From Neocallimastix sp. 'constans' (lineage: Eukaryota): DNA of 64,000 bases. The notes under the pieces are model-generated. The model did no database searches and was not told the DNA's origin. It worked only from the letters and a program-made list of their open reading frames with translations. Shown in pieces: positions 31,179 to 44,927 of this stretch (the stretch's first letter is position 1; each line of letters opens with the position of its first letter). The stretch spans positions 248,001 to 312,000 of the forward strand of contig JBODTK010000014.1 of NCBI GenBank assembly GCA_050613775.1, given 5' to 3'. Made by a program: the position numbers and the translations under genes.

Positions 31179-31549
31179 TTATTTATTTATTTATTTATTA
31201 GTAAAATAATTTATTATTCTCTTCTACTTGGTTCAAACAAATCTAGAATGGCTAGAATTCAAACATTAATTAATACTGGTCTATTTTGGTGTATCGGTTC
31301 CTTCTCTAAAAATAGTAAATACAAATTCAGAAAAACAAATAACTATCTTTGTCATAATTTCTTCTAGGAGTACTGATGCTTTATCTCGAGATCTAGGTAT
31401 CTCTCCTATTGCTGGTATCTATGAAGCCTTAAAAGTTAAATCGTTTGCAAAATGGAGTAAATCTAACTGTATTTATAAAAGGATTCTTATTAAATCTATT
31501 CCTAAAAATGCCGTATTATTTCTGGACTAAAGAATTCTAGAACTTTGTA

Positions 31550-31595
<46 letters not shown>

Positions 31596-32860
31596 AAAAT
31601 CTAAATGTGTGAAATATGACGATATTATAGTAACATTACTTTGGAAATCCGTTTCTAAATTTCAAGGTATTAAAGGTCAAAAATTACGATAGTAACCACT
31701 TCTCAAATAATAAAGTTATAATAATGTTTAGCTTAGAATATCTCCCCCCCCCCTCTAATTCAATTTTAGGGTTTTCATGGATTAAATACTTTTACGTTGC
31801 GGTTATAAATACAATACCACTCTTGCTATTAGAATAGGTAGAGTTTCAGAAGATTGCCCCTTGACTTGCCCCTGTTATGGCAAAGGTAATCGATCTTTTG
31901 AATATTGTTTTTTTTTTTTTTTTAAATGCAATGCTCTTTGTATCTTTTAGAGATAGAATTTTCTTTAAATTTCATTGATGATCTCTATGTTTTTGTTCGC
32001 TAGGAAAAAACTAAAGTGTCTAATCCTCTTTCTTTCTATGACTCTATTTCTGATTTTGAAGATTATATCAATCATTATATATACTTTGTATACCTTTCTT
32101 GGTGGAACTTTAGCTTTGAATTAGGCTACATTTTAATAGAGGGGAACAGAGACAATTAAATGAACTACTTTTTTTTTTTTTTTTTTTTTTTATCAAAGGT
32201 TCATCTGAGTTACCTGTTCCAAAAAAAAATTGTGGGCTTAGTGAAATTCTTAACTAACGTAATACCTATCATTAAGTAGTTCAGTTTGAGCTATTATTTG
32301 ATAGGTATTCCAAAATATCAAACTTAAAACCAAGAGTAGCGACGTCGCTACTGATAAGGCATAATGATAATACAGGATCAGGATCATCAATCTCTTTCTA
32401 CAAAGGGTGAATCAATTCTTTAGATTCAGAAAAAGGATTACGATAATAATATTTATTATTTTTATATTGAATGATCTTCATGGCGGGCATTCAATATATG
32501 AAAAAAAAAGAAAAAAAAAATTAAACTTAAAGATGGGAGAATAAAGGCAATTAGTTGACAATATTTTTTAAACAAAGTTCAACTTCGTCGACTGTTCCGT
32601 ATTTTGTGGAGATTGCGGAGTTTTTAACAAATGTAATACTATTAATTTGTCGATCTTTTTTAGATTGATGATGAAAATGGTATTCCGTTGAATCTATTGA
32701 ATCTACCATTGCTTAAAGAGCGTCGACGTCGAAATGATTAAGGCATGGATTTTCACCTCCTGGTGAAAGATCGGATACAGATTAGGTTCATAACACTAAT
32801 ATCGAAATCATTACTCGTAATAATGGACGCGGTGTTTATCATCGAATGAATGGGGAAAAG
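30855..32860 (+). mobile_element. Decayed LINE fragments: N-terminal RT region, Cys-rich C-terminal region and two tandem 3' ends
   Basis: WNSASIVSIPKK-GDLPNC...GISLINVGLK at ~30890-30995. A CPLTCPC..GK zinc-knuckle-like remnant at ~31855. Related terminal segments at ~32200-32400 and ~32570-32760. Confidence 0.8.
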
Positions 32861-32910
32861 TTAGAAACTATTGTTTCTAACGCACTTTTATAATTATATA
32901 ATATTGATAT

Positions 32911-32941
<31 letters not shown>

Positions 32942-33104
32942 GAAAGGACCCTTTAAAAACAATAAAGATGAGTCAAGGTTGTAACCGATATAACAAATAA
33001 GAAGAACTTTCTATTACAGGTCCCTTTTTTCAAAGTATATCTTATTACCAACAAATAAATATAGACTAATAATTACTTTTTTTTTTTTTCAACTAACTTT
33101 ACCT

Positions 33105-33469
33105 AATGAATCCTCCATGAAATTAAATCTCCTTGATAATATAATATGTCCTGGTTTGGTTTGAGGGAGAGAGTTTTAGTGGTATCTAACACTGTCTACT
33201 ATAATGATTTTTTCTTTTTTTTTTATATTGCTATATTCATATCAAATAAATATCATAATTTAAATTTCTTAAGAATTTTCTGTTACATTAACTTTTATTA
33301 TTTATTTATTTATTATTTATTTATTTATTATTTATTTATTTATTATTTATTTATTATTTATTTATTTATTTATTATTTATTTATTTATTATTTATTTATT
33401 TATTATTTATTTATTTATTTATTTATTTTTTTAATTAAAGCTTATTTTTAATATTTCTTTTTATTTGAT
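33105..33469 (+). repeat. ~360-bp direct repeat, copy 1 (copy 2 at 35636-35991)
   Basis: Near-identical sequence from AATGAATCC[TA]CCATGAAATT to AATATTTCTTTTTATTTGAT. Confidence 0.95.
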
Positions 33470-33479
33470 TCTCTCCCTA

Positions 33480-34150
33480 AAGGATACTTCCGTTCCTATG
33501 TAAATCCAAATAAATGCATGAATCTTGAAAATATTACCAGTGGCAAACTTAAAAGTAGACACATGTGATATCAATAAAAACGTAGTATATGAATATACCG
33601 ATGATGGCTTGATTAAATCGCCATTATCCCCAAATGAATGTTTAAGTAAAGGTGATCGAGAAGAAACATCAGGTAATACAACCAATGGTTATCTTAATCC
33701 TTGTATTGGATCTGAGAAGCAAGTATGGCAATTATTGGATATACAACCTAACACTTTATTCAAAGCTAAAACTCAAGATGTAGGGGTCTACAATCCTGAA
33801 TTGATATCAGGTAATAAACTTACTTAACAGACCACAAATTGGCAATTGCGATAACTCCGACTCGTCTAAATGGCAAATTCCCGAGTCAGAAAGACGGTTT
33901 CTACAAATCATTAAAGACTGTTTGGTATTTAGATGTCATTGATATTGAATCAAGGTACTATTATTATGAGTGATACTCGTAGTCCTTCATTTTTTATTAA
34001 ACATAGTAAGAAAAAACAAACTATTATTTCTTCATTGAATTCCAAAAGAATGCCTTGGAATAATGAGTTCAACTAATAAGAACGAATACCATTTAACTTT
34101 GAATGATTGTAACAATGCTCAAAATGATCAAAAGTAGGAGATCCGCACGG
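33480..34150 (+). pseudogene. Ricin-B/beta-trefoil (QxW-repeat) lectin-like remnant
   Basis: ORF 33525 has C..., IKSPLSPNECLS and NPCIGSEKQVWQ. After frameshifts it continues RPQIGNCDNSDSSKWQIP and LTLNDCNNAQNDQK*EI. These are repeated C-x(n)-Q/K-x-W units with stops and frameshifts. Confidence 0.6.
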
Positions 34151-34558
34151 TACTCCCAGGTACCGAATAATTTTGTACCACTATTAAAGTTGGTTTACTA
34201 ATATCTGTGTCTCAGGCATAATCAATAATTACTATATAATATTTTGTTAAACTTAATCGTATAATGTTTATGATTTACATAATACAAAATTATATATTAA
34301 ACATGGATACAATATTTTTTATGTATGAAAAACATGCAAATAATATAAATATCAAAAATTACAAAAAGCATAAAAATAGAACAATAGATATGTATAATTT
34401 ATCAAAGTAACAAATGTAATTCCTTACTAATATAGTTATATTTAGATATTATATATGCTATATATAATATTTTTATATATAAAAGTATAACAATAATACT
34501 ATTAACATAATATCAATACTTTACATCAAATTCATGTTATCACAATGAAATAAATAAA

Positions 34559-34611
<53 letters not shown>

Positions 34612-35635
34612 AAATTTAAAAAAAAAAAAAAAAACTAAATTTAAAAAAAAAAAAAGAATATAAATAAATAAAATTTTTAGTAAAACAATCCAAAGAAAAT
34701 GAAAATAATGCAAATATTTTTTAAAAGAATATTATTCAAAAGGTCTGTTTAAATAAAATATTAGTATATATTGTTCTGCACAGATTTAATAAAATAGTTT
34801 TTTAAAGTATATATACTATTTAAAGTATTAGTAATGGTAAAATTTATATTAATAAATTAATTTTAATTATTGTGTTTTAAATATAATAACCATTAAAATA
34901 GCTTAGTTGTTTTTAAAACTAAATCAACCTATAAAAAATATTTGTTAAATATAAAAATAATTTATTTTATTTAAATTTTAAAAAGTCTTTTACAGTCTTT
35001 AATTTTTAAAATTTTAAAATTATTATTGCTAATAAATAAAAATACGATATATTTAGTACTCTATTAATGATATAATATAGTAAAAGTATAATTTTAATAT
35101 TTTTTTATCTTTTTGAATACATAGACCTCAAAAACTTCTTAATTATTATATGTAATCATATATTTTGCTTCTTAAACTTTTATAATTTTTAACTATAATT
35201 AATTTTATAAAATTTTATTTAAATTTTTTATATTTTAAATTTTCTATTATCTCGTTTAATTAATACTTATATTTATATATTTATTATTGATACGTCTCTT
35301 TGAATTTATATACATATAAATTATAACACAATAATAAAAACAAACATTTAATATTATTAAAATATTTTACAAAGTTTAATATGAATTTAACAATTATTTT
35401 ATTAATTTTGAATTTATTATTTTTAATAAATAGATTTATTTTATATTAATTAAATTTAATATATAAAAAATTTTATCAAAAACTGTTATGTATAACCAAA
35501 TATTAATTTTTTATACTAAAGCGCTTCTATATAATTTTAAAACTTTAAATAGATCAAGATTTGTAAATAATACCTTTTGAAATAATAAAGTAAAATGATA
35601 AAATGATTTTGTTATAATATTTTGTCTTAAGCAAA

Positions 35636-35991
35636 AATGAATCCACCATGAAATTAAATCTCCTTGATAATATAATATGTCCTGGTTGGGTTTGAGGGAG
35701 AGAGTTTTAGTGGTATCTAACACTATCTACTATAATGATTTTTTCTTTTTTTTTTTTATATTGCTATATTCATATCAAATAAATATCATAATTTAAATTT
35801 CTTAAGAATTTTCTGTTACATTAACTTTTATTATTTATTTATTTATTTATTATTTATTTATTTATTATTTATTTATTTATTTATTATTTATTTATTTATT
35901 ATTTATTTATTTATTATTTATTTATTTATTATTTATTTATTTATTTATTTTTTTAATTAAAGCTTATTTTTAATATTTCTTTTTATTTGAT
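35636..35991 (+). repeat. ~360-bp direct repeat, copy 2
   Basis: See 33105-33469; differs by a few substitutions and microsatellite length. Confidence 0.95.
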
Positions 35992-36229
35992 ATTTGATAC
36001 ATTTTTATTTTATATATTCTTCTTTTATTCTTTTTTTCCTTTTATGTCATAATATATTATAATATATTCATAATGTATTGCTTAATTTAAAATGTATACA
36101 ATATATAAACAAAAATTTTTTTGTTTCTTTTTTTCTTTTTTTTAAAAAAAATAATAAATAATTAAAAATCAAATTCTAAAATAAAAAAAAATATATATAT
36201 AAATATAAATATTAAAATAAATAATATAT

Positions 36230-37990
36230 AATTTATTATTTATTATTTATTTATTATTTATTATTTATTATTTATTATTCAATTATTTATTATTTATTAT
36301 TTATTATTCAATTATTTATTATTCTATTATTTATTATTTAATTAATTATTATTTATTATTTATTATTTATTATTTATTATTTACTATTTATTATTTATTA
36401 TTTATTATTTATTATTTATTATTTATTATTTATTATTTATTATTTATTATTTATTATTTATTATTTATTATTCAATTATTTATTATTTATTAATAAATAC
36501 TCTTTTTATTATTTATTATTATTCAATTATTTATTATTTATTATTTATTTAATTTATTTATTATTTATTATTTAATATTTCATTTATTTAATGTTTCATT
36601 ATTAAATATTTATTTATTATTTAATATTTATTATTTATTTTAATATTCCAAAGTTTTAAAATGTAACGAATAAAAAAAAAAAAAAGAGATTAATTAAAAA
36701 ATAATTTTTTTTTTTTGGATAATTTTATTTCAATTATAATATAAAAATTATTTTATATTATATTCTTTTTTTTTATTACTTATTATTTATTATTTTTATT
36801 TATTATTTATTATTTTTATTTATTATTTTTTATAAATATTTTATTTTATTTTATTTTATTTTATTTTATTTTATTTTATTTTATTTTATTTTATTTTATT
36901 TTATTTTATTTTATTTTATTTTATTTTATTTTATTTTATTTTATTTTATTTTATTTTATTTTATTTTATTTTATTTTATTTTATTTTATTTTATTTTATT
37001 TTATTTTATTTTATTATATCATCAATATTATGAAATAAAAATAAAAGAAAAAGAAAAAGAGAAAAAAAGAATATAAAACAATTTTTATATATATTTTTTA
37101 TATTATATTTATAAAATTTATTATAAATAAATTAAAAATAAATTTACTATTCATCATGGGAGATCTTTTTAGTTGAAATTTATTTATTATTCAATTATTT
37201 ATAATTCAATTATTTATTATTTATTATTTATTATTTATTATTTATTATTTATTATTTATTATTTATTATTTATTATTTATTATTTATTATTTATTATTTA
37301 TTATTTTATTATTTAGTTATATATTATTTGTTATTTATTATTTATTATTTATTATTTATTATTTATTATTTATTATTCATTATTTATTATTCAATTATTT
37401 ATTATTTATTATTTATTATTTATTATTTATTATTTATTATTCTATTATTTATTATTTATTATTTATTATTTATTATTTATTATTTATTATTTATTATTTA
37501 TTATTTATTATTTATTATTTATTATTTATTATTTATTATTTATTATTTATTATTTATTATTTTATTATTTAGTTATATATTATTTGTTATTTATTATTTA
37601 TTATTTATTATTTATTATTTATTATTTTATTATTTAGTTATATATTATTTGTTATTTGTTATTTATTATTTATTATTTATTATTTATTATTTATTATTTA
37701 TTATTTATTATTCATTATTTATTATTCAATTATTTATTATTTATTATTTATTATTTATTATTTATTATTTATTATTCTATTATTTATTATTTATTATTTA
37801 TTATTTATTATTTATTATTTATTATTTATTATTTATTATTTATTATTTATTATTTATTATTTATTATTTATTATTTATTATTTATTATTTATTATTTATT
37901 ATTTATTATTTATTATTTATTATTTATTATTTATTATTTATAATTTATTAATAAATTCTCTTTTTATTATTTATTATTCAATTATTTATT
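36230..37990. repeat. Compound satellite block: (TTATTTA)n, (TTTTA)n at ~36840-37015, (TTATTTA)n
   Basis: Seen directly. Confidence 0.95.
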
Positions 37991-40318
37991 TTATATCCTC
38001 TCAAAGCATTACTTTCAGTATATATATATTAATATATATATTAAATAAAATAAAATGAAATAGATAGTAAATAAATTAATCATATATCTAACAATATTGT
38101 TGTTGGGGATTTATTTATTAAATTTATTAAAGTATTATTTATTTATTTATTTAATTTTATTATTATGATTAAATATATTTTTTGTTCAAGTAAAATAATT
38201 ATATTATTTATAAGAAAATAGTTAATAACTCATAAATATTAAAATAAAAAAGAATATATAATTAAACCATTGACTTATGTTAATAAATTTTATTATTAAT
38301 TAGAATAATTAATGTTTAGAATTCAGTCATGGATTAAAAATATAATGAAATCATTGAATTTAAATTTGATTATGACATTAATTTATGTTTGAATCATAAA
38401 ATCTATTTTATATTAATTAAGGGTTGAATGTTTCATTATTTTTATATCATTAAAAAATAATTAATTTTATTTAATATAAAAAAAAATATATATATATATA
38501 ATATAATTTATATAATTTATTATATAATTAATTATTATTTAAGATTTTTTTATTTTATTTTATTTTATTTTATTCTTTTTTTTTATATATTAATATTATA
38601 TAGTTTTCATTTATCTTTAATTTATATATATGTAATATAATTTTATTTAGTTTTACTTCTGAATCTTAAGAAAAACAAGTACAAAATGCTTTTTTTTTTT
38701 CTTTTTTTTTTTATTTTTACTTTTCATCTTAGATACAAAATAAAACTAAAAAAAAAAACAAAAATAATATATATATAATTATGATTTTAATCTTTCTATT
38801 ATTTATATTTATTTTATATTTTTAATAATAAAACTATAAAAATTTATTATAAATCATTAATTTTATTATTATTAATACAGTCAATTTCAATTTCAATAGT
38901 TAACACTTTATTAGTCTAATTATTAATTATTATTTTATATTTTATATTTTATATTTATTTATTGATTTATTGATTTATTTTTTTTTTTGATAATTTATTG
39001 TATTTATTATTATATATAATATTCAAAAATAGTATTATATAATTTTATTATTTTATATTGATTTTTTATTAATTAAAGTTTATAGTTCTATTTAATTATA
39101 TTTTTTAATAATTTATATAATTTTATAAAATAAAGTTTTTGTGTAATAAATTTAAAGTTGCAATACAAAAAAAAAAGGAAATTGAAAAAAAAATTCATTT
39201 ATTAAAAAATTTTTTTTATAATTTATAAATTTTAAATTATATATAAATTTTATTATTATTACTATTATTACTATTATATATTTTTTCTTTTTTGAAATAA
39301 TTTTACATATTTCAAATAAAATTTTTAATTTAATAACGAAATAAATTAAAAATAAATTAAAAAAGGTAAACAAAAACTTAAATTTATATTAAACTAATTT
39401 TTTTTATTTAAAAAAAAATAAAAAAAAAAGAAAAAGAAATCTTTCCCCCTTTGATAATTTTTTTTAATTATACATTTTATATACATTTTATATACATTTT
39501 ATTTTAATTCATTTTATTTTATTTTTTTTCTTTTTACCAAAAAAAAAAAAAAAATTAAAATTAAAATTTAATATATATATATAATTTTTTTTTTTTAATT
39601 TATAATAAATTAATATTTTTTATATATACACAGATTCTATCATCTTTGTCCAGTGATTATTAATTATTATTTATGTATATAAATAAAAAAAAAATAAAAA
39701 TATATACATAGAAAGGGGGAAAAATAGATAAGAAAAAAAGAAAAAAAAATAAATCATTAATTATTTTAATATTATAATTATTGTTTAAAATATATCAAAA
39801 AAATAAATAAATAATGCTTTATAATAATAATAATAATAATAAACAGTAATAAATAATAATTAATAATAATTAATAATAATAATAATAATAAATGATAATA
39901 AAACAAAAGTAAAGAAACAACACTAATAATTAACTATTTAATATTTCTTTTTGTGGTTTTTTTATTTAATATTTTTTTTGTGTTTTTTTATTTAATATGT
40001 GTTTTTTTTTTTTTTTTTGTGTTTTTTTTTTTTGTTTTTTTTTTTTTTCTTTTTTTAATTTTAATAGATAATAATATAAAAATTTTATTTAATATAATTT
40101 TTAAATTCATTTATTTTATATTAGTTTATATAGATAATATAATAGATAATATATATAATCATTTATCTTTCCTTTATTATAATATAAAGTTTAAAAATAG
40201 AAAAAAAAAATGAAATGATTTAATAGATTTATTTTAACAAAATTTTCTTTTTTAATTATTTGATTAATTGATCTTCAACTTTAATTTTTACCAAATAAAA
40301 TTAATTTATTTTGGAACA

Positions 40319-40357
<39 letters not shown>

Positions 40358-40730
40358 TTATATATATCTTTAGTGATACCTTATCTTTTTTAATTTTTTT
40401 TTTTTTTTTTTAATTCTATAAAAAGTTTATTATTTCATATCTTTATTTTTATTATTGTTATTATTTAAATAAAGAATAAAATAAAAATAAATCAATGATA
40501 TATAAATTATACTTATAAATTTACTTTTATTTTTTTTTTTTATATATAATAGAATGGACAATAATTAAAGCAAAGTAAAATAATAATAACAATAAAATAA
40601 TTATAATAAATAATTATAATAAAATATATATCCATATACCCATTTAAATTTAAATCTCAAACTTTTTATATATAAAATCTAAAATAAATTTTGAAAAGTT
40701 ATTTATTAATTTCTTTTTTTTTTTTTATAG

Positions 40731-40768
<38 letters not shown>

Positions 40769-40879
40769 AAGAAATGAAATAAATAATCAATAACCAATAA
40801 TAAACAAATACAATCAATAAATAAATTTCTACAAATCTCACTTACCTATAAAAAAATTCAATAAATTTTATTGTAAAAA

Positions 40880-40916
<37 letters not shown>

Positions 40917-41353
40917 AATATTAATAATAATTGGGTTAAAATTAAATATTTTCTTTTTATTTAATACATAATTGTTTTTATATATATTATATTTATTAAT
41001 AATTTTTGTTTTACTATGGTATACAAAATAATATTTTTTGATTAATGATAATATTTTATACATAAAATTACTTTATTTTATACATATGTAAATGTGTATA
41101 TATATATTTTTATATATATATATATTTTTATAAAATAACAATAAATATATAATATAAAATAAAAATAGTAATAATAATAAAATATATAATATACAAGAAA
41201 ATTTTAATAAAACGTAATTATAATATATAACATTCAAAAATTTAGCAATTAGTAATATAATATAAAATATAAATATTCAAAAAGTTATATTGATTGTAAT
41301 ATAATAAATAATATATTCACATATATTTACATACATATATACATAACAAAAAA

Positions 41354-43948
41354 ATGGGGTTTTTTTCAAAAGTTTTAAATATTACCTTCCTTTCCACCTT
41401 TATATTTTATTCTTTAAAAATTAATGCTAAAGAAAATAGCAATGTTGTTAATATTTTAATGAATAAACCTGAAATTGAAGATAACGAATATTTGGATTTA
41501 TATAATTCATTAATAAATGATTACATAATAAATCAAAAAGATATTTTTCCAAACTTATCAAAGTACAAATTAAAATTTTCATATTTTCAATTAAACACTT
41601 ACGATGATAAATTATCTATAATAGATAAATATCAACTCCTAAATTCACCATATTCAATAGATAAGGATTATGGTCTCTACTTGAAAGGTATTCTCTCTGA
41701 ATTAAAAAATTCAACCTATGATATGTTGATTTTGGATGATCAATTGCTGTATAGTGATGTCTCTTACATTAATAATTATATTATAGAAACTGAATATAAT
41801 TTTAGAAGTTTAGAAGACTACTTATCTAGATTTGATAATTTTAAATTAGATTCTTCAATGTTACAGCATCATAATCAACAATTCATAAATAATGATTATA
41901 CTAAAGAAACTGGTATTGTCGGTCTTCCCTATGAACATGATTTCGATTTAATCTATCGCTATGGAGATACTTCTACTTCTACGACGAATAACAATGGAAT
42001 AGCTGGAATAGCGAACACAACAAATGAAAAATTTTTTTCCTCAAATAATAATTTTGAAAATGGTAGATATTCCATAATGGAAAATGGTAAGGGGAAAGGA
42101 AAGGAAATGATATCCTCAAATTTTTCTCAAAATAGGTATAGAAGACAAGAGGAAATAAATAAGGAAACAGTAGAAACAATGAAAACGGCAGAACCAACAA
42201 AACCAACGGAAACAACGGAAACAACGGAAAAGTTAACATCTTCTCCAAATAGAAATAATACTATAGATTCAAGTATTGGACTTGCGCTCTCTAATAATAA
42301 TGTATTGATAAATCATTTTGTAGAATTTGTTGGAAGTCAATATGGTATTCCAGAAGGGAAAGATCCAGGTTATTATAATAAATTTTTTACAAATAATCCT
42401 GAAAATTTATATGAAACCTTTAGAAATAAGGTTCTCGCTGAAACAGATTCAAATATTAATAAAACGCTATCGACCACCGTGGAAGAGGAATTTCTATCCT
42501 TTATTAGAAAGGAAAAGAATTCCTTTAAAGGAAAAGCTTCCTATTACTATTATTTACAAAAAAATATTAAGGATCCTATTGTTATGAGCCCTCTCCCCAA
42601 AGATATAAGTGTTCTCACCACAAAATATTTAACAATAAATAAAAAAAGTAAAAAAGAAATTGGTGACTTAGTTTTAATGGCGATAGAATTAACATCAAAA
42701 GAAATGCAACTCTTTCGTGCTAAAGAATTTGGTTGTATACCTACGTTTGATGTAGCCAATAGTGAAAATTTTAAAATTTTACAAACTAATAATTATAATT
42801 ATAGTAATCGTGATACTGATAATGATAATTTTAATAATAAAATTTTAAGTAATCGTAATAATAAAAATGTTTATTTTAATGCTACTACTACTACTAATAA
42901 TAATAATAATAATAATGATAATGAAAATGATAATAATGATAATAATGATAATGATAATAATAATAATTTTATTAATAATAATAATAATTTTAATGATAAT
43001 AATACTTTTATGATGAATACTGAACTCCTTGATATTATGAAAACTTTAAAACCTATTGATATTAAAAAATTCTTTTATAAGGATGAATTTTCTGCTAATT
43101 ATATGGAAATTAGATTGATTTTACCTTCAGTTTTAAGGAAAAGTTTAGAAGAAAATAATCATACCCTTATCATTTATGCCTTTAATAATTTTATGGAGAT
43201 CAAGGAAAATACATTTTATTTAAAAAATCCACCATTACTTTTTTCTATTTTTATTGTATTTACCATGACCGTCATTTTATCATTAGTTATGGTAAAAATT
43301 TATTGTAATAGAAGACATCCTGTACTCATACCCATATCACCAACTCTAACCAATTTAGTTATTTTGGGTATCATTTTAAATATTGCTTTCCCTTGTTTCA
43401 ACGTTGTCATTAAAGATTATTTCTTATGTAGAATGTATTTAGTTTTAAAATTTTTAATTCAAAATCTTATTTTCTTACCCATCTTAACCATGGCCTTCCG
43501 TATCTTTTACATCTTTAATAATTCTAGAGTTGTGGATGGTAGAAAATTAAATGATAAACGATTACTCATTTTTATTGCCATTGTTGTTATCATTCTTTTC
43601 TTTTTCACTTTAATTATATCTTTAACTGATCAATTATATTTGAAAACAACAGGAACTCTATTAGAAGATCGTATTTATTGGTGTAACTTTGATGATTGTA
43701 ATAACTATTCCATTTTTACTAATGTTTATTATGGAATTATTGTAAGTTTTTTCTTTTTATTTATTTATTTATTTATTTATTTTTATTTTATTTTACAATT
43801 ACTATTACTATTATTATTATTATTAACAAAAAAAAAAAAAAAAAAAAGTAATAATAATAATTGTAAAAACAAATATTAAGATATAATAATAATAATAAAT
43901 ATGAAAATAATATACTAACTTTAATCTATTTATATATATATATATTTA

Positions 43949-43982
<34 letters not shown>

Positions 43983-44608
43983 TAAACTCTCTTTATATCT
44001 ATATATTTATTTATTTATTTATATTAATAATATTTATATATAAAACATAGTTCTTTATTATATTTATATTAATTTTAAATTCCAAATTTATATCAAATAA
44101 ATTTAATGAAATTAATTTCATCTTTTTCATTATAGTATTTTCAGTCTCTTCTTTAGTTTCGGAATTAACTTATTATTTCTTAAATAAAGGTAATTTCTTT
44201 GCATTCTTAATGGCGTTTGGTAGTTATATGATAGGTTCATTATGTAGTGTTTATATATTGGTGGGTTCCAAATTATTATATATCAGAAAACATCCAGATC
44301 AGGATAATGATACCAACAATATAAATAACTTGAATATTGCTGATTTTGTTCCATCCAATATTGAAGAGTTAAAAAAAGGTAAAAGTCCTAAATCTTCAAA
44401 AGAAGGTCATCGAAGTAATAAACACGGTAGTAAAGTTAGATTATTCTCTCAAACAGCAACCAATACCACTACGACTTATACTTCAGACATTGATTCAATT
44501 ACAGATAATCCAAATAATTATTTCTTTAATCAAACCTTAGAAAAAATGAGTCATAATGATGGCCAAAGTTCTTCAGCAACTGATTTCTATCAATATTCAC
44601 GTTTCTAA
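41354..44608 (+). CDS. Class C-like 7TM receptor with SBP-like ectodomain, paralog 4; exons 41354-43741, 44051-44608 (~981 aa)
   Basis: Motifs GLPYEHDF, KGKASY, FGCIPTF, ANYMEIRLILP and NRRHPVLIPISP. Donor GTAAGT at 43742 and acceptor TAG ending at 44050 give an open frame into ORF 44210. Ends with the DNPNNYFFNQTL motif. Confidence 0.85.
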
Positions 44609-44888
44609 AATGTGAATAATCCATAGAAAGCATTTAAATTATTATTACGTGAGAGGGTGGAAAAGGGAAAATTAATAAAATAATAATTAAAAAAAAAATT
44701 AAAAAATTAATAAAATAAAAAAAAATAATAAAAATAATAATAAATAAAAAAAAAAAAAATAATAAAATTTAATAATAGAAACTTTAAATGAAATAAAAAT
44801 AGAGCAAAAAAAAAAATAAAAAAATTAATTGTAATAATAAGAATAAAAATGTTTATTCCATTATTTAATATTTATTATTTATAATTAA

Positions 44889-44927
<39 letters not shown>

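Noticed and set aside
35640..35735. Minus-strand II.GD-like endonuclease motif in the 360-bp repeat
   Set aside because: Too short and frameshifted to support a call.
6017..37951. ORFs made of IIYYLLF, FYFIL or NYSIIQLF repeats (6017, 6024, 16201-16744, 20464, 20912, 33146, 37328, 37656)
   Set aside because: They are translations of stop-free satellites, not genes.
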